Shown: piece after piece, positions 1 through 9,000 of the stretch
How positions within the stretch are numbered: position 1 is the stretch's first letter
Layout: each line of letters starts with the position of its first letter
Assembly: GCA_964573245.1 (NCBI GenBank)
Contig: CAZNJA010000008.1
Coordinates: 19,484-38,832, forward strand
Origin: an uncultured bacterium
GTDB lineage: Bacteria > CAIJMQ01
DNA: 19,349 bases
Reading direction: 5' to 3'
Notes under the pieces: model-generated
The model's database searches: none
The model's input: the letters and a program-made list of their open reading frames with translations, nothing else
Told to the model about the DNA's origin: nothing
Program-made: the position numbers and the translations under genes

Positions 1-383
1 CCTTCAATAATTTTTACTTTACCTTCTTGCAACTTTAATGAAAGGGCCGATTTTAAAGCAATACTCTTCTTCTTTTTTGGGATATTACATACTACTTTTT
101 TAGGTTTCGGACCAAAAGCGACTCCTCCGCCTCTAAATACTGGGGACCGAGTAGAACCAGCTCTTGCTCTGCCAGTGCCTTTTTGTCTCCAGGGTTTTTT
201 CCCTCCGCCCCTTACTTCACTTCGTATTTTTGTGGACGCCGTATGAGTTTTCCTATTAGCCAAATACATATTCACTACTTCGGATATTACTTGCAGATTT
301 GGCTGGAAGTTAAAAATAGAATCGTCTAATTGCACTTTCCTTATTACTTTACCTTCTATATTATAAACATCTACCTCGGACAT
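1..383 (-). CDS. rplD: 50S ribosomal protein L4 (5' part; runs off the window edge)
   Basis: Hand translation from ATG 383 gives MSEVDVYNIEGKVIG...TKIRSEVRGGGKKPWRQKGTGRARAGSTRSPVFRGGGVAFGPKP, the L4 signature. SD AAGGA at 391-395; follows rplC; alternative ATG at 389. Confidence 0.96.
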   Translation of the reverse strand, partial: MSEVDVYNIEGKVIRKVQLDDSIFNFQPNLQVISEVVNMYLANRKTHTASTKIRSEVRGGGKKPWRQKGTGRARAGSTRSPVFRGGGVAFGPKPKKVVCNIPKKKKSIALKSALSLKLQEGKVKIIE

Positions 384-403
384 TTTCATTTCCTTTTATC
401 AAT

Positions 404-1099
404 CTATTTTTCCACAGGTTTAGAAACAGACTTATCTTCAGCCTGCGGCTGGGTTGGCTGTAATTTAACAGGTGAACGTTCTTCGGAAAAGATAAATAAA
501 GCGGAGCCTCTCGAGCCGGGAACCGAACCTTTAACCAACAAAATATCCTTTTCCAAGTCTATTCCTGCAACAGATAATTTCTTAACGGTAATTTTTTCAT
601 TGCCGGTTTTGCCCCCCATTTTTTTACCCTTAAATACCCTGCCGGGATATGTACACTGACCAATAGAGCCGGGATGTCTGTGTTTTTTATGCGTTCCATG
701 TGACGCAGGCATCCCTGCAAATCCCCATCTTTTCATAACACCCATGAAACCTTTACCTTTTGTAAAGCCTTGTATGTTCACAAAATTCAACCCCTCAAAC
801 ACATCTACTTTTATTTCATCGCACTCTTTAAAATTGCTTGTATCTTCCAATCTTAATTCTTTCAATATCTCCATCGCTTGTAGTCCGACTTTTTTGAAAT
901 GGCCAAGATCAGGCTTACTCGCTCTTTTCTCTTTCACTTGCCCAAATCCCAACTGAATAGCATTGTATCCATCTTTTTCTTTTGTCTTTTTTTGGACGAC
1001 CTTGCAAGGACCTGCCTTAATAACGGTAACAGGTATTACTTTACCTTCCTCGTTAAATATTTGGGTCATACCTATTTTTTTACCAATAAGCCCCATCAT
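404..1099 (-). CDS. rplC: 50S ribosomal protein L3
   Basis: [57 protein letters not shown] motifs. ATGA overlap with rpsJ; ~25-aa low-complexity C-terminal tail. Confidence 0.98.
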   Translation of the reverse strand: MMGLIGKKIGMTQIFNEEGKVIPVTVIKAGPCKVVQKKTKEKDGYNAIQLGFGQVKEKRASKPDLGHFKKVGLQAMEILKELRLEDTSNFKECDEIKVDVFEGLNFVNIQGFTKGKGFMGVMKRWGFAGMPASHGTHKKHRHPGSIGQCTYPGRVFKGKKMGGKTGNEKITVKKLSVAGIDLEKDILLVKGSVPGSRGSALFIFSEERSPVKLQPTQPQAEDKSVSKPVEK

Positions 1100-1431
1100 A
1101 TTTTTATCTCCACATGAACCCCAGCAGGAAGATTGAGTTTCATCAATGCATCCGTGGTCTTCCTCGTAGGGTCTACAATTTCAAACAATCTTTTATGTAT
1201 TCTAAGTTCAAAAGTTTCCATTGACCTTTTATCTACATGAGGCGATCTTAAAACAGTCCATTTTTCTATTCTTGTAGGTAAAGGGATCGGACCAACCATT
1301 CTCGCACCGGTTCTTTCAACCGTTTTAACAATCTCCTTTATAGACTCATCCAACACTCTGTGGTCGTAGGCTTTCAACCTCACTTTCATACGCTGCCGAT
1401 TTTTTGCGCTTTTCTCTTTTTTCTTTGTCAT
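1096..1431 (-). CDS. rpsJ: 30S ribosomal protein S10
   Basis: [51 protein letters not shown] upstream. Confidence 0.98.
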   Translation of the reverse strand: MTKKKEKSAKNRQRMKVRLKAYDHRVLDESIKEIVKTVERTGARMVGPIPLPTRIEKWTVLRSPHVDKRSMETFELRIHKRLFEIVDPTRKTTDALMKLNLPAGVHVEIKI

Positions 1432-1442
1432 GGTCCTGTCCC

Positions 1443-2642
1443 TTATTTAATCACTTCACTGACAACGCCAGCGCCCACAGTATGGCCGCCTTCTCTTATA
1501 GCAAACCTTAATCCTTTTTCCATCGCTATCGGCGCTATCAGTTTCACATCCATCATTATGTTGTCCCCAGGCATTACCATTTCTACGTCTTTGGGCAGTG
1601 TCGCTGTGCCGGTCACGTCTGTGGTCCTGAAATAGAATTGCGGCCTGTATCCAGAGAAAAACGGTGTGTGTCTGCCCCCTTCTTCTTTTGTCAGTATGTA
1701 TACTTGGCCTTTGAATTCGCTATGCGGGGTTATGCTGCCGGGCGCTGCCAGCACTTGGCCTCTTGATACGTCGTCTTTTTCTACTCCTCTAAGCAGAACT
1801 CCCACATTGTCCCCAGCTTCGCCGTAGTCAAGGATTTTCCTGAACATTTCTATGCCTGTTGCTACTGTTTTCTTTATGTCTAAGCTTAAGCCGACTATGT
1901 CTATGTCATCACCTGTTTTTATTTTGCCTCGTTCTATTCTGCCGGTTACTACCGTTCCCCTTCCGGTTATCGTAAAGATGTCTTCTATCGCCATCAGAAA
2001 TGGTTTGTCGGTTTCCCGTTTGGGGCTGGGAATGTAGGAGTCTACGGCATCAAGTAGTTCGTAGACGCTTTTGCACTCGGCGCTTGCTACATCAGCAGAT
2101 TGGATGCATTTTAGGGCACTGCCCTTTATTATCGGTATTTCGTCACCGGGAAATTCGTATTTCTTTAATAGGTCCCGTACTTCTAACTCTACCAGCTCTA
2201 ATAGCTCGGGATCTGTTACTTGGTCGGTTTTGTTTAGGTATACTACCATTGCAGGCACTCCTACTTGCCTTGCAAGAAGGATGTGTTCTCGTGTCTGCGG
2301 CATCGGCCCGTCTGCTGCTGATACTACCAGTATCGCACCGTCCATTTGCGCCGCGCCGGTTATCATGTTTTTTATGTAGTCGGCATGACCGGGACAATCT
2401 ATATGCGCATAATGTCGTTTATCTGTCTCGTATTCTATGTGCGCGATGTTGATTGTTAATCCACGCTCTTTTTCTTCCGGCGCTTTGTCGATTTCGTCTA
2501 CTGTGAATTCTTTGTCTGTCAGTCCCTTCTTCGACAAAACTTTTGTTATTGCTGAGGTCAATGTTGTCTTGCCATGGTCTACATGCCCTATCGTACCTAT
2601 GTTTATATGCGGCTTCTTTCTCTCAAATTTCTCCTTTGCCAT
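1443..2642 (-). CDS. tuf: Elongation factor Tu (copy downstream of fusA)
   Basis: [60 protein letters not shown] upstream. Confidence 0.99.
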   Translation of the reverse strand: MAKEKFERKKPHINIGTIGHVDHGKTTLTSAITKVLSKKGLTDKEFTVDEIDKAPEEKERGLTINIAHIEYETDKRHYAHIDCPGHADYIKNMITGAAQMDGAILVVSAADGPMPQTREHILLARQVGVPAMVVYLNKTDQVTDPELLELVELEVRDLLKKYEFPGDEIPIIKGSALKCIQSADVASAECKSVYELLDAVDSYIPSPKRETDKPFLMAIEDIFTITGRGTVVTGRIERGKIKTGDDIDIVGLSLDIKKTVATGIEMFRKILDYGEAGDNVGVLLRGVEKDDVSRGQVLAAPGSITPHSEFKGQVYILTKEEGGRHTPFFSGYRPQFYFRTTDVTGTATLPKDVEMVMPGDNIMMDVKLIAPIAMEKGLRFAIREGGHTVGAGVVSEVIK

Positions 2643-4845
2643 CTCTTTTGCCCTCCCCTATTTGGGAATTATTATTCTTATGGAGTATCTTTCTCTCTTT
2701 CTGTTTTGAAACTTTTCCATATTTAAAAAATTCCATGATATAAGAACCGCGGCCTTTAGTCAAGGAGCGGAGAGTCGTTGCGTATCCAAACATTTCCGAC
2801 AAAGCAACCAAACCTATGACTATAACAAGGCCTCCGCGATGCTTTATTTCAGTGATTTCCACTTTTTTCACATTTAAATCAGCTAAAATTTCCCCCATAT
2901 ATTCTTCAGGAGCAACCACTTCTGTTTTCATCAGAGGTTCCAAAAGATAAGGACTGGCTTTTCTCATAGCTTCCTTAAAAGCCATAGAAGCTGCTATGTG
3001 GAAAGCAACATCCGAAGAATCTACTTCGTGATAAGAACCATCAAGCAATATGACTCTCACATCAATCACTGGATAACCTGCAAGCACTCCGTTTTTCATT
3101 GCATCTTGAACTCCTTTCTCTACGGACGAAATGAAATTCGATGGAATTGCTCCCTGTTTAATTTCGTTTATGAATTCGAAAGTAGATTTCTTCTGCTCTG
3201 CTTCTTGTCCCGCAACTTGAAAAGATTTATTTGTCTTAGATTGTTTTGCTGCCCGTCTTTTATCATGTCTTGTAGAAGATTCGCTGACAAGAGATATCGG
3301 CTCTACTTTAAGTATTACATGACCGTATTGCCCCCTTCCACCGCTTTGACGTATAAATTTCCCCTCGGCATCCGCAGCAACAGCAATAGTTTCCCTATAA
3401 GTTACTTGTGGGTTCCCAACGGTTGCTTTTATTTTGAATTCATCTAATATTCTACTGGTAATTATTAAAAGATGAAATTCTCCCATTCCGGAAATTATCG
3501 TCTGCGAAGTTTCTTCATCTTGAGAAACTTTAAAAGTAGGGTCTTCTTCCTCCAGTTTTCTTAATACTTGTTGGAGTTTTTCCCCTTCTTGTTTATTGCT
3601 CGGCTCAATCTGAACAAAAATCACAGGTTCAGGAAAGGTTACGCCTTCAAGAATAATAGGATGCTCCTCAGCGCAAACAGTATCTCCTGTTGCAGTAGAC
3701 TGCAATCCTACAACAGCAACGATTTCGCCAGCACTAGCATATCTTATCTCTTCTCTTTTATTCGCATGCATAAGAAATATTCTTTGTATTTTTTCGGACT
3801 TTTCTTTGGAAGAATCGTAAACTCTATCGCCTACTTTTATTTGTCCGGAATAAATTTTTATATAAGTAAATCTTCCTGTGAACGGGTCAGTTACTATTTT
3901 GAAAGCTAGAGCACAAAAAGGCTCTTCTTTAGCAACTTTTCTTTCTTCTTCTTGCCCGGATTTAGGGTTCTTACCTTTTACCAGAGGTATATCCAACGGA
4001 GACGGAAGATATCGCACCGCTGCATCGAGAAGAGGCTGAATAACTTTATTTTTCAAAGCCGAACCGCAAAGAACAGGAACCATTTTCTCTTTTATAGTCG
4101 CATTCCTTATAGCTTTATGTATTAATTGTTCTTCTATTTTTTCTCCATGAATAAACTTATGAAGTACTTCTTCATTTGTCTCTGCTAACTTTTCTATCAA
4201 AAGTTCTCTGTATTTAAGCGCTTTCTCTTTGTGCTGCTGCGCTAAATCTACAACTTTATAATCCATCCCTGTTTGGTCTTCGTATAAAAATTCCTTTAAA
4301 CTGACCAAGTCTATAGCACCCACAAATTGATTCCCAGAACCAATCGGCAACTGTAAAGGTAAAGTGCACGCGTTAAGTTTCTTTTCCATTTCCTCGATAG
4401 CCGCTTCATAGTCAGCGCCCTCTCTATCCATTTTGTTTATGAAGGCTATTCTCGGAACATTATATTTATTTGCTTGGCGCCACACAGTTTCTGATTGAGG
4501 TTCAACTCCCTCCACAGCACCGAAGACAGTAATGGCTCCGTCCAAAATCCTTAAAGACCTCTCTACTTCAGCAGTAAAATCCACATGTCCCGGCGTATCA
4601 ATTATATTTATTCTATGGTCTTTCCAAATACAAGTGGTAGCAGCCGCAGTAATAGTAACGCCTCTTTCCCTTTCCTGCGGCATCCAATCCATAGTAGCAG
4701 TCCCTTCATGAACTTCTCCTATTCTGTGAATTTTGCCTGTATAGAAAAGTACTCTTTCCGTAACAGTGGTTTTACCCGCATCAATATGCGCAAAAATACC
4801 TATATTTCTTACGTTTTGTAAGGCGACTCCTGTTTTCATTGTCAT
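2623..4845 (-). CDS. fusA: Elongation factor G (with ~30-aa domain IV insertion)
   Basis: [54 protein letters not shown]; lies between rpsG and tuf. Start may be 4839; overlaps tuf by 20 nt. Confidence 0.97.
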   Translation of the reverse strand: MTMKTGVALQNVRNIGIFAHIDAGKTTVTERVLFYTGKIHRIGEVHEGTATMDWMPQERERGVTITAAATTCIWKDHRINIIDTPGHVDFTAEVERSLRILDGAITVFGAVEGVEPQSETVWRQANKYNVPRIAFINKMDREGADYEAAIEEMEKKLNACTLPLQLPIGSGNQFVGAIDLVSLKEFLYEDQTGMDYKVVDLAQQHKEKALKYRELLIEKLAETNEEVLHKFIHGEKIEEQLIHKAIRNATIKEKMVPVLCGSALKNKVIQPLLDAAVRYLPSPLDIPLVKGKNPKSGQEEERKVAKEEPFCALAFKIVTDPFTGRFTYIKIYSGQIKVGDRVYDSSKEKSEKIQRIFLMHANKREEIRYASAGEIVAVVGLQSTATGDTVCAEEHPIILEGVTFPEPVIFVQIEPSNKQEGEKLQQVLRKLEEEDPTFKVSQDEETSQTIISGMGEFHLLIITSRILDEFKIKATVGNPQVTYRETIAVAADAEGKFIRQSGGRGQYGHVILKVEPISLVSESSTRHDKRRAAKQSKTNKSFQVAGQEAEQKKSTFEFINEIKQGAIPSNFISSVEKGVQDAMKNGVLAGYPVIDVRVILLDGSYHEVDSSDVAFHIAASMAFKEAMRKASPYLLEPLMKTEVVAPEEYMGEILADLNVKKVEITEIKHRGGLVIVIGLVALSEMFGYATTLRSLTKGRGSYIMEFFKYGKVSKQKERKILHKNNNSQIGEGKRDGKGEI

Positions 4846-4950
4846 TAACTCGTGTTTTTTGTTTTAAAATCCATTTAAATTTAACTAAAAAAGCAACATT
4901 ATATCCGTGTTACGATTATCTTTTTTTAACTATTACGAAAGAGGTTTCTC

Positions 4951-4985
4951 AAAATTCACTTGCAATGTCCATTGAAGTGAGTTTT
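4951..4985. other. Imperfect inverted repeat (possible terminator or regulatory hairpin) in the rpsG-fusA spacer
   Basis: aaaattcactt-g-caat-gtcc-attg-aagtgagtttt; ends in TTTT on both strands. Confidence 0.4.
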
Positions 4986-5029
4986 TTATTCTATATAAAG
5001 AAATTTACTTATAACAAGAAAAAGGCGGG

Positions 5030-5503
5030 TTACCACCGATAGTGAGCAAAAGCCCTGTTAGCTTCTGCCATTTTATGAGTATCTTCCTTCTTTTTTATGC
5101 TAGACCCCTCTCCTTTGTAAGATTGCATTATTTCCTCGGCTAGTTTTGCTTCCATAGCTTTACCTTTTCTACCCCTTGCATAACCAATCATCCATTTCAT
5201 CCCCAAAGCAATACTTCTATCAGGCCTAACTTCCACGGGGACTTGATAAGTAGCACCTCCGATTCTACGCGCCCTAAGTTCTACTTTGGGCTGGACATTT
5301 TTCAACGCTTTCTTAAAAACTTCAAGGGGAGGTTCTTCTTTTATCTTTTGTTCAATTATACTAAAAGCTCCATAAACTATACCTTCCGCCTTAGTCTTTT
5401 TCCCGTCCCACATTATTTTATTAACAAACTTAGCAATCAGCAGATTATGGTATTTAGTATCTATCTGTGCTATTTTCTTCTTCGCTCCTTTTTTTCTGCC
5501 CAT
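5030..5503 (-). CDS. rpsG: 30S ribosomal protein S7
   Basis: [47 protein letters not shown]. Confidence 0.99.
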   Translation of the reverse strand: MGRKKGAKKKIAQIDTKYHNLLIAKFVNKIMWDGKKTKAEGIVYGAFSIIEQKIKEEPPLEVFKKALKNVQPKVELRARRIGGATYQVPVEVRPDRSIALGMKWMIGYARGRKGKAMEAKLAEEIMQSYKGEGSSIKKKEDTHKMAEANRAFAHYRW

Positions 5504-5508
5504 ATATC

Positions 5509-5525
5509 TCCTCGTTTCACTCGGA
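5509..5525 (-). promoter_or_regulatory. 17-nt hairpin motif containing the rpsG SD (copy 1)
   Basis: Minus strand TCCGAGTGAAACGAGGA, 5 nt before the ATG; 14/17 identical to 16394-16410. Confidence 0.65.
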
Positions 5526-5537
5526 AATCAAAAATTA

Positions 5538-5603
5538 CCCCGAGAAATCCAAAGGATTTCCGGGACTAAAGCCCTTAGAGATTGCTCTGTAATCTCTAAG
5601 GGC
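5538..5603. repeat. Two-hairpin palindromic element (REP/REPIN- or MITE-like), copy A
   Basis: ccccgagaaatcc-aaa-ggatttccggg, linker actaaa, then gcccttagagattgc-tct-gtaatctctaagggc (14/15-bp stem). Related to 17394-17446 and 19074-19198. Confidence 0.85.
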
Positions 5604-5637
5604 ATTTTGACTTTTACATTTTGAATTTTTAGTTAAA

Positions 5638-6006
5638 TTATCCTTTCTTGGTTCCATATTTAGAACGGGATTTTTTTCTATTTTCTGTGCCCCCCGCATC
5701 CAATTTTCCTCGAACTATATGATATCTTACCCCAGGCAAATCTTTAACTCTTCCGCCTCTAACAAGCACAATAGAATGCTCTTGCAGATTATGCCCTTCT
5801 CCGGGTATGTAGGCGGATATCTCTTTACCCGTAATTAAACGAACTTTAGCAACTTTTCTTAGTGCTGAATTCGGTTTCTTAGGAGTCATAGTGAAAACTC
5901 TCGTGCAAACTCCCCTTCTTAACGGAGAAAGTCCCAATGCTGGAGCTTTGCTTTTTCTTTTAAGGCTTTTTCTACCTTTTTTTACTAATTGATTAAGTGT
6001 CGGCAT
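5638..6006 (-). CDS. rpsL: 30S ribosomal protein S12
   Basis: [48 protein letters not shown] inside the 3' end of rpoBC. Confidence 0.99.
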   Translation of the reverse strand: MPTLNQLVKKGRKSLKRKSKAPALGLSPLRRGVCTRVFTMTPKKPNSALRKVAKVRLITGKEISAYIPGEGHNLQEHSIVLVRGGRVKDLPGVRYHIVRGKLDAGGTENRKKSRSKYGTKKG

Positions 6007-9000
6007 TTTTTACCACCTCAATTTCCCTGTATTTTTTTAATCCTGTTCCTGCAGGGATTAGTTTACCAATCATTAAGTTTTCTTTCAAGCCTTTTAGTTC
6101 ATCTTTCCTACCGAAAATGGCAGACCTCGTCAAAACTCTCGGAGTCTCCTGAAACGAAGCCGCAGATATAAATGATGGAGAAGCCAAGGAAGCTTTAGTG
6201 ATTCCCAAAACAAGAGGGCGTCCTTTTGCCGGTTTACCACCGGAAGAAACAACTTTTTCATTTTCTTTCTGAAAGTCCGACTTTTCCATTTGTTCTGCCC
6301 ATAAGAAAGACGTATCTCCGGGGTCTTCTATCTGAACTTTCATAAGCATTTGTCTAATAATAATCTCTATATGCTTGTCGTTGATTCTTACTCCTTGCAA
6401 ACGATAAACTTCTTGTATTTCATTGAGAAGATATTGTTGCAGTTTTCTCTCCCCTTCAATTCGGAGTATTTCCTGAATAACGGCAGGACCATCAGTTAAC
6501 TTTTGCCCGGATGCAACCCAATCCCCTACATCCACTTCAATATGTTTACCATGCGGGACTACATATCTTCTTGTTTCATTCGGACCTTCAATGACAATAT
6601 CCCGAATATTACCCTCCATAATAATTTCTTTAACATGTCCGTCTATTTCTGTCACAATAGCGGGATTTTTGGGCTTTCTGGCTTCAAACAACTCTGCTAT
6701 TCTAGGAAGCCCTCCCGTAATATCCGTTGCCTTCACAACTTCACGAGGAGTTTTCGCAAGGAGTGCCCCAATTCCTACATGTGCATTCTCGTTAATTGTT
6801 ATATGTGCATTTGTAGGCAAAGGATAATACCTCGCATTGCCAAAGTCGTCCCCGCCTGCCGAATCTTGACGGGCAGGTCTTACTATTATTTGTGGATGTA
6901 ATGCTCCCCTATGCTCTACAACAACTTTTTCTCTAATATTGGTCTCCCGATTCAATTCTTCTCTCATCGTTAGACCTTTAATAATATCTTTGAATTCAAC
7001 CTTCCCTTTAATTTCAGAAAGCAACGGACGAGTGTATGGATCCCAACGAGATATAGTCTCTTTTGCCTTCACTCTTTGTCCATCGTTTACTTCAAGGACA
7101 CTTCCTACATTTATAGAATAAGTTTCTATTTTATTTGCTTCCTCATCTTCCAATAAGATATTGCCATTTCTGTTCAAAACTATCAATTTCCCATCGCTGT
7201 TTTTCGTTACATTTAAATTCTTAAATCTCACAATACCATCTGATTGAGCAGTATAATGCGATTCTCCAACTATTCTTGAAGCAGTGCCCCCTATATGGAA
7301 AGTTCTAAGTGTAAGTTGAGTCCCAGGTTCGCCGATTGACTGAGCCGCCATAATTCCGACCGCTTGACCTAAAGCAACCCTTTTGCCTGTAGCCAAATCT
7401 TTGCCATAACATTTCGCGCAAATGCCATTCTTACTTTGACATGTTAAAACCGATCGAATGGAAACTTCTTCTATGCCTGCCTCTTCAATTGCATCCGCAA
7501 TTTCTTCGGTTATTTCATCGCCAGCTCTCACGATAACCTCATCCAATAAAAGCAATTTTATGTCATCTGTTGCAGTCCTTCCGATAATTCTTTCTTTAAG
7601 AGAAATGAAATTTCTGCCACCTAATTCTAATGGTCTTACAGTTATTCCATTGACAGTACCACAATCTTCCTCCGTCACTATTACGTTTTGAGCAACGTCT
7701 ACCAATCTTCTGGTCAAATAACCTGCTTGAGCAGTCTTCAAAGCGGTGTCGGCTAATCCCTTTCTCCCTCCATGCGTCGAAATGAAATACTCCAGAACAG
7801 ACAAACCTTCTCTAAAGTTAGTAGTGATCGGGAATTCAATAATTTCCCCCACAGCTCCAGTTAATTGTTTGCGCGGACGAGCTATCAATCCTCTCATGCC
7901 ACCCAATTGCCTTATCTGTTGAGCACTGCCCCTGGCTTCAGATTCCATTATAAGAAGAACAGGGTTAAATGGATGTTTCTTCAATTCTGAAAACATATTC
8001 TGTGCAACTTCATCGCCAACACGACTCCAAACATCAAGCAGTTTGTTGTATCTTTCCCCATAGGTAATAATTCCTTCGTGATACTGTCTTTCAACTCTTT
8101 CCACTTCTTTACGTGCCTTTTCAATCTTTACCCATTTATCACCTGGAATCTTCACATCAGTTATACTTATGGAAATGCCTCCCATGGTTGCATAGTGAAA
8201 ACCAAGTCCCTTTAAATTGTCAAGCAACGCGCAAGTAGCATCTTTCCCAAATCGTTTGATATAGGAATCGACAAAAGAAGATAATTTACTTTTTGTCATT
8301 CCTTCATTTGCAAACTCGGAACCGTCGGGCAAAACTTCATTAAAAATAGCTCTGCCCACGGTAGTTTTCAGTTTGTTGTTTTTAACAGTCGGCATAAAAC
8401 GTTCGGGGACTGTTAATAAAATTGGCGTATGCAGTTTTATTTCTCCCAATTCATACGCCATCTTAGCTTCTTCTGTGCTCGAGAAAAATCTCATGTCTTT
8501 TTCTTTAACCGATTGCCCGGCTGTATCCATTTTCGTAAGATAATACAATCCCAACACCATATCTTGAGACGGAAGCAATATCGGAGAGCCGTCAGAAGGG
8601 CGAAACAGATTATTTGTAGACAGCATAAGCATTTGCGCTTCAAGAAGCGTTTCCATAAATAGAGGTACGTGGACACTCATCGTGTCCCCGTCAAAATCGG
8701 CGCCGAAAGCAGCACACACCATAGGATGAACTTTTATCGCCTTACTCTCTGTAAGTTTTGGTCTAAAAGCTTGAATCCCCAATCTATGCAAAGTGGGCGC
8801 CCGATTTAAAAGTACAAAGTGGTTCCTAACTACTTCCGACAACGCTTCCCATACTTCTACTGTGCGTCTTTCTATTAGTTTTTTACCTGCTTTTATAGTA
8901 TGGAAATAGCCCTTTTCCTTTAGATATCTGATTATAAAGGGTTGGAATAATTCCAGAGCCATCTCTTTGGGAATACCGCATTCGTCTAATTTCAACTTTG

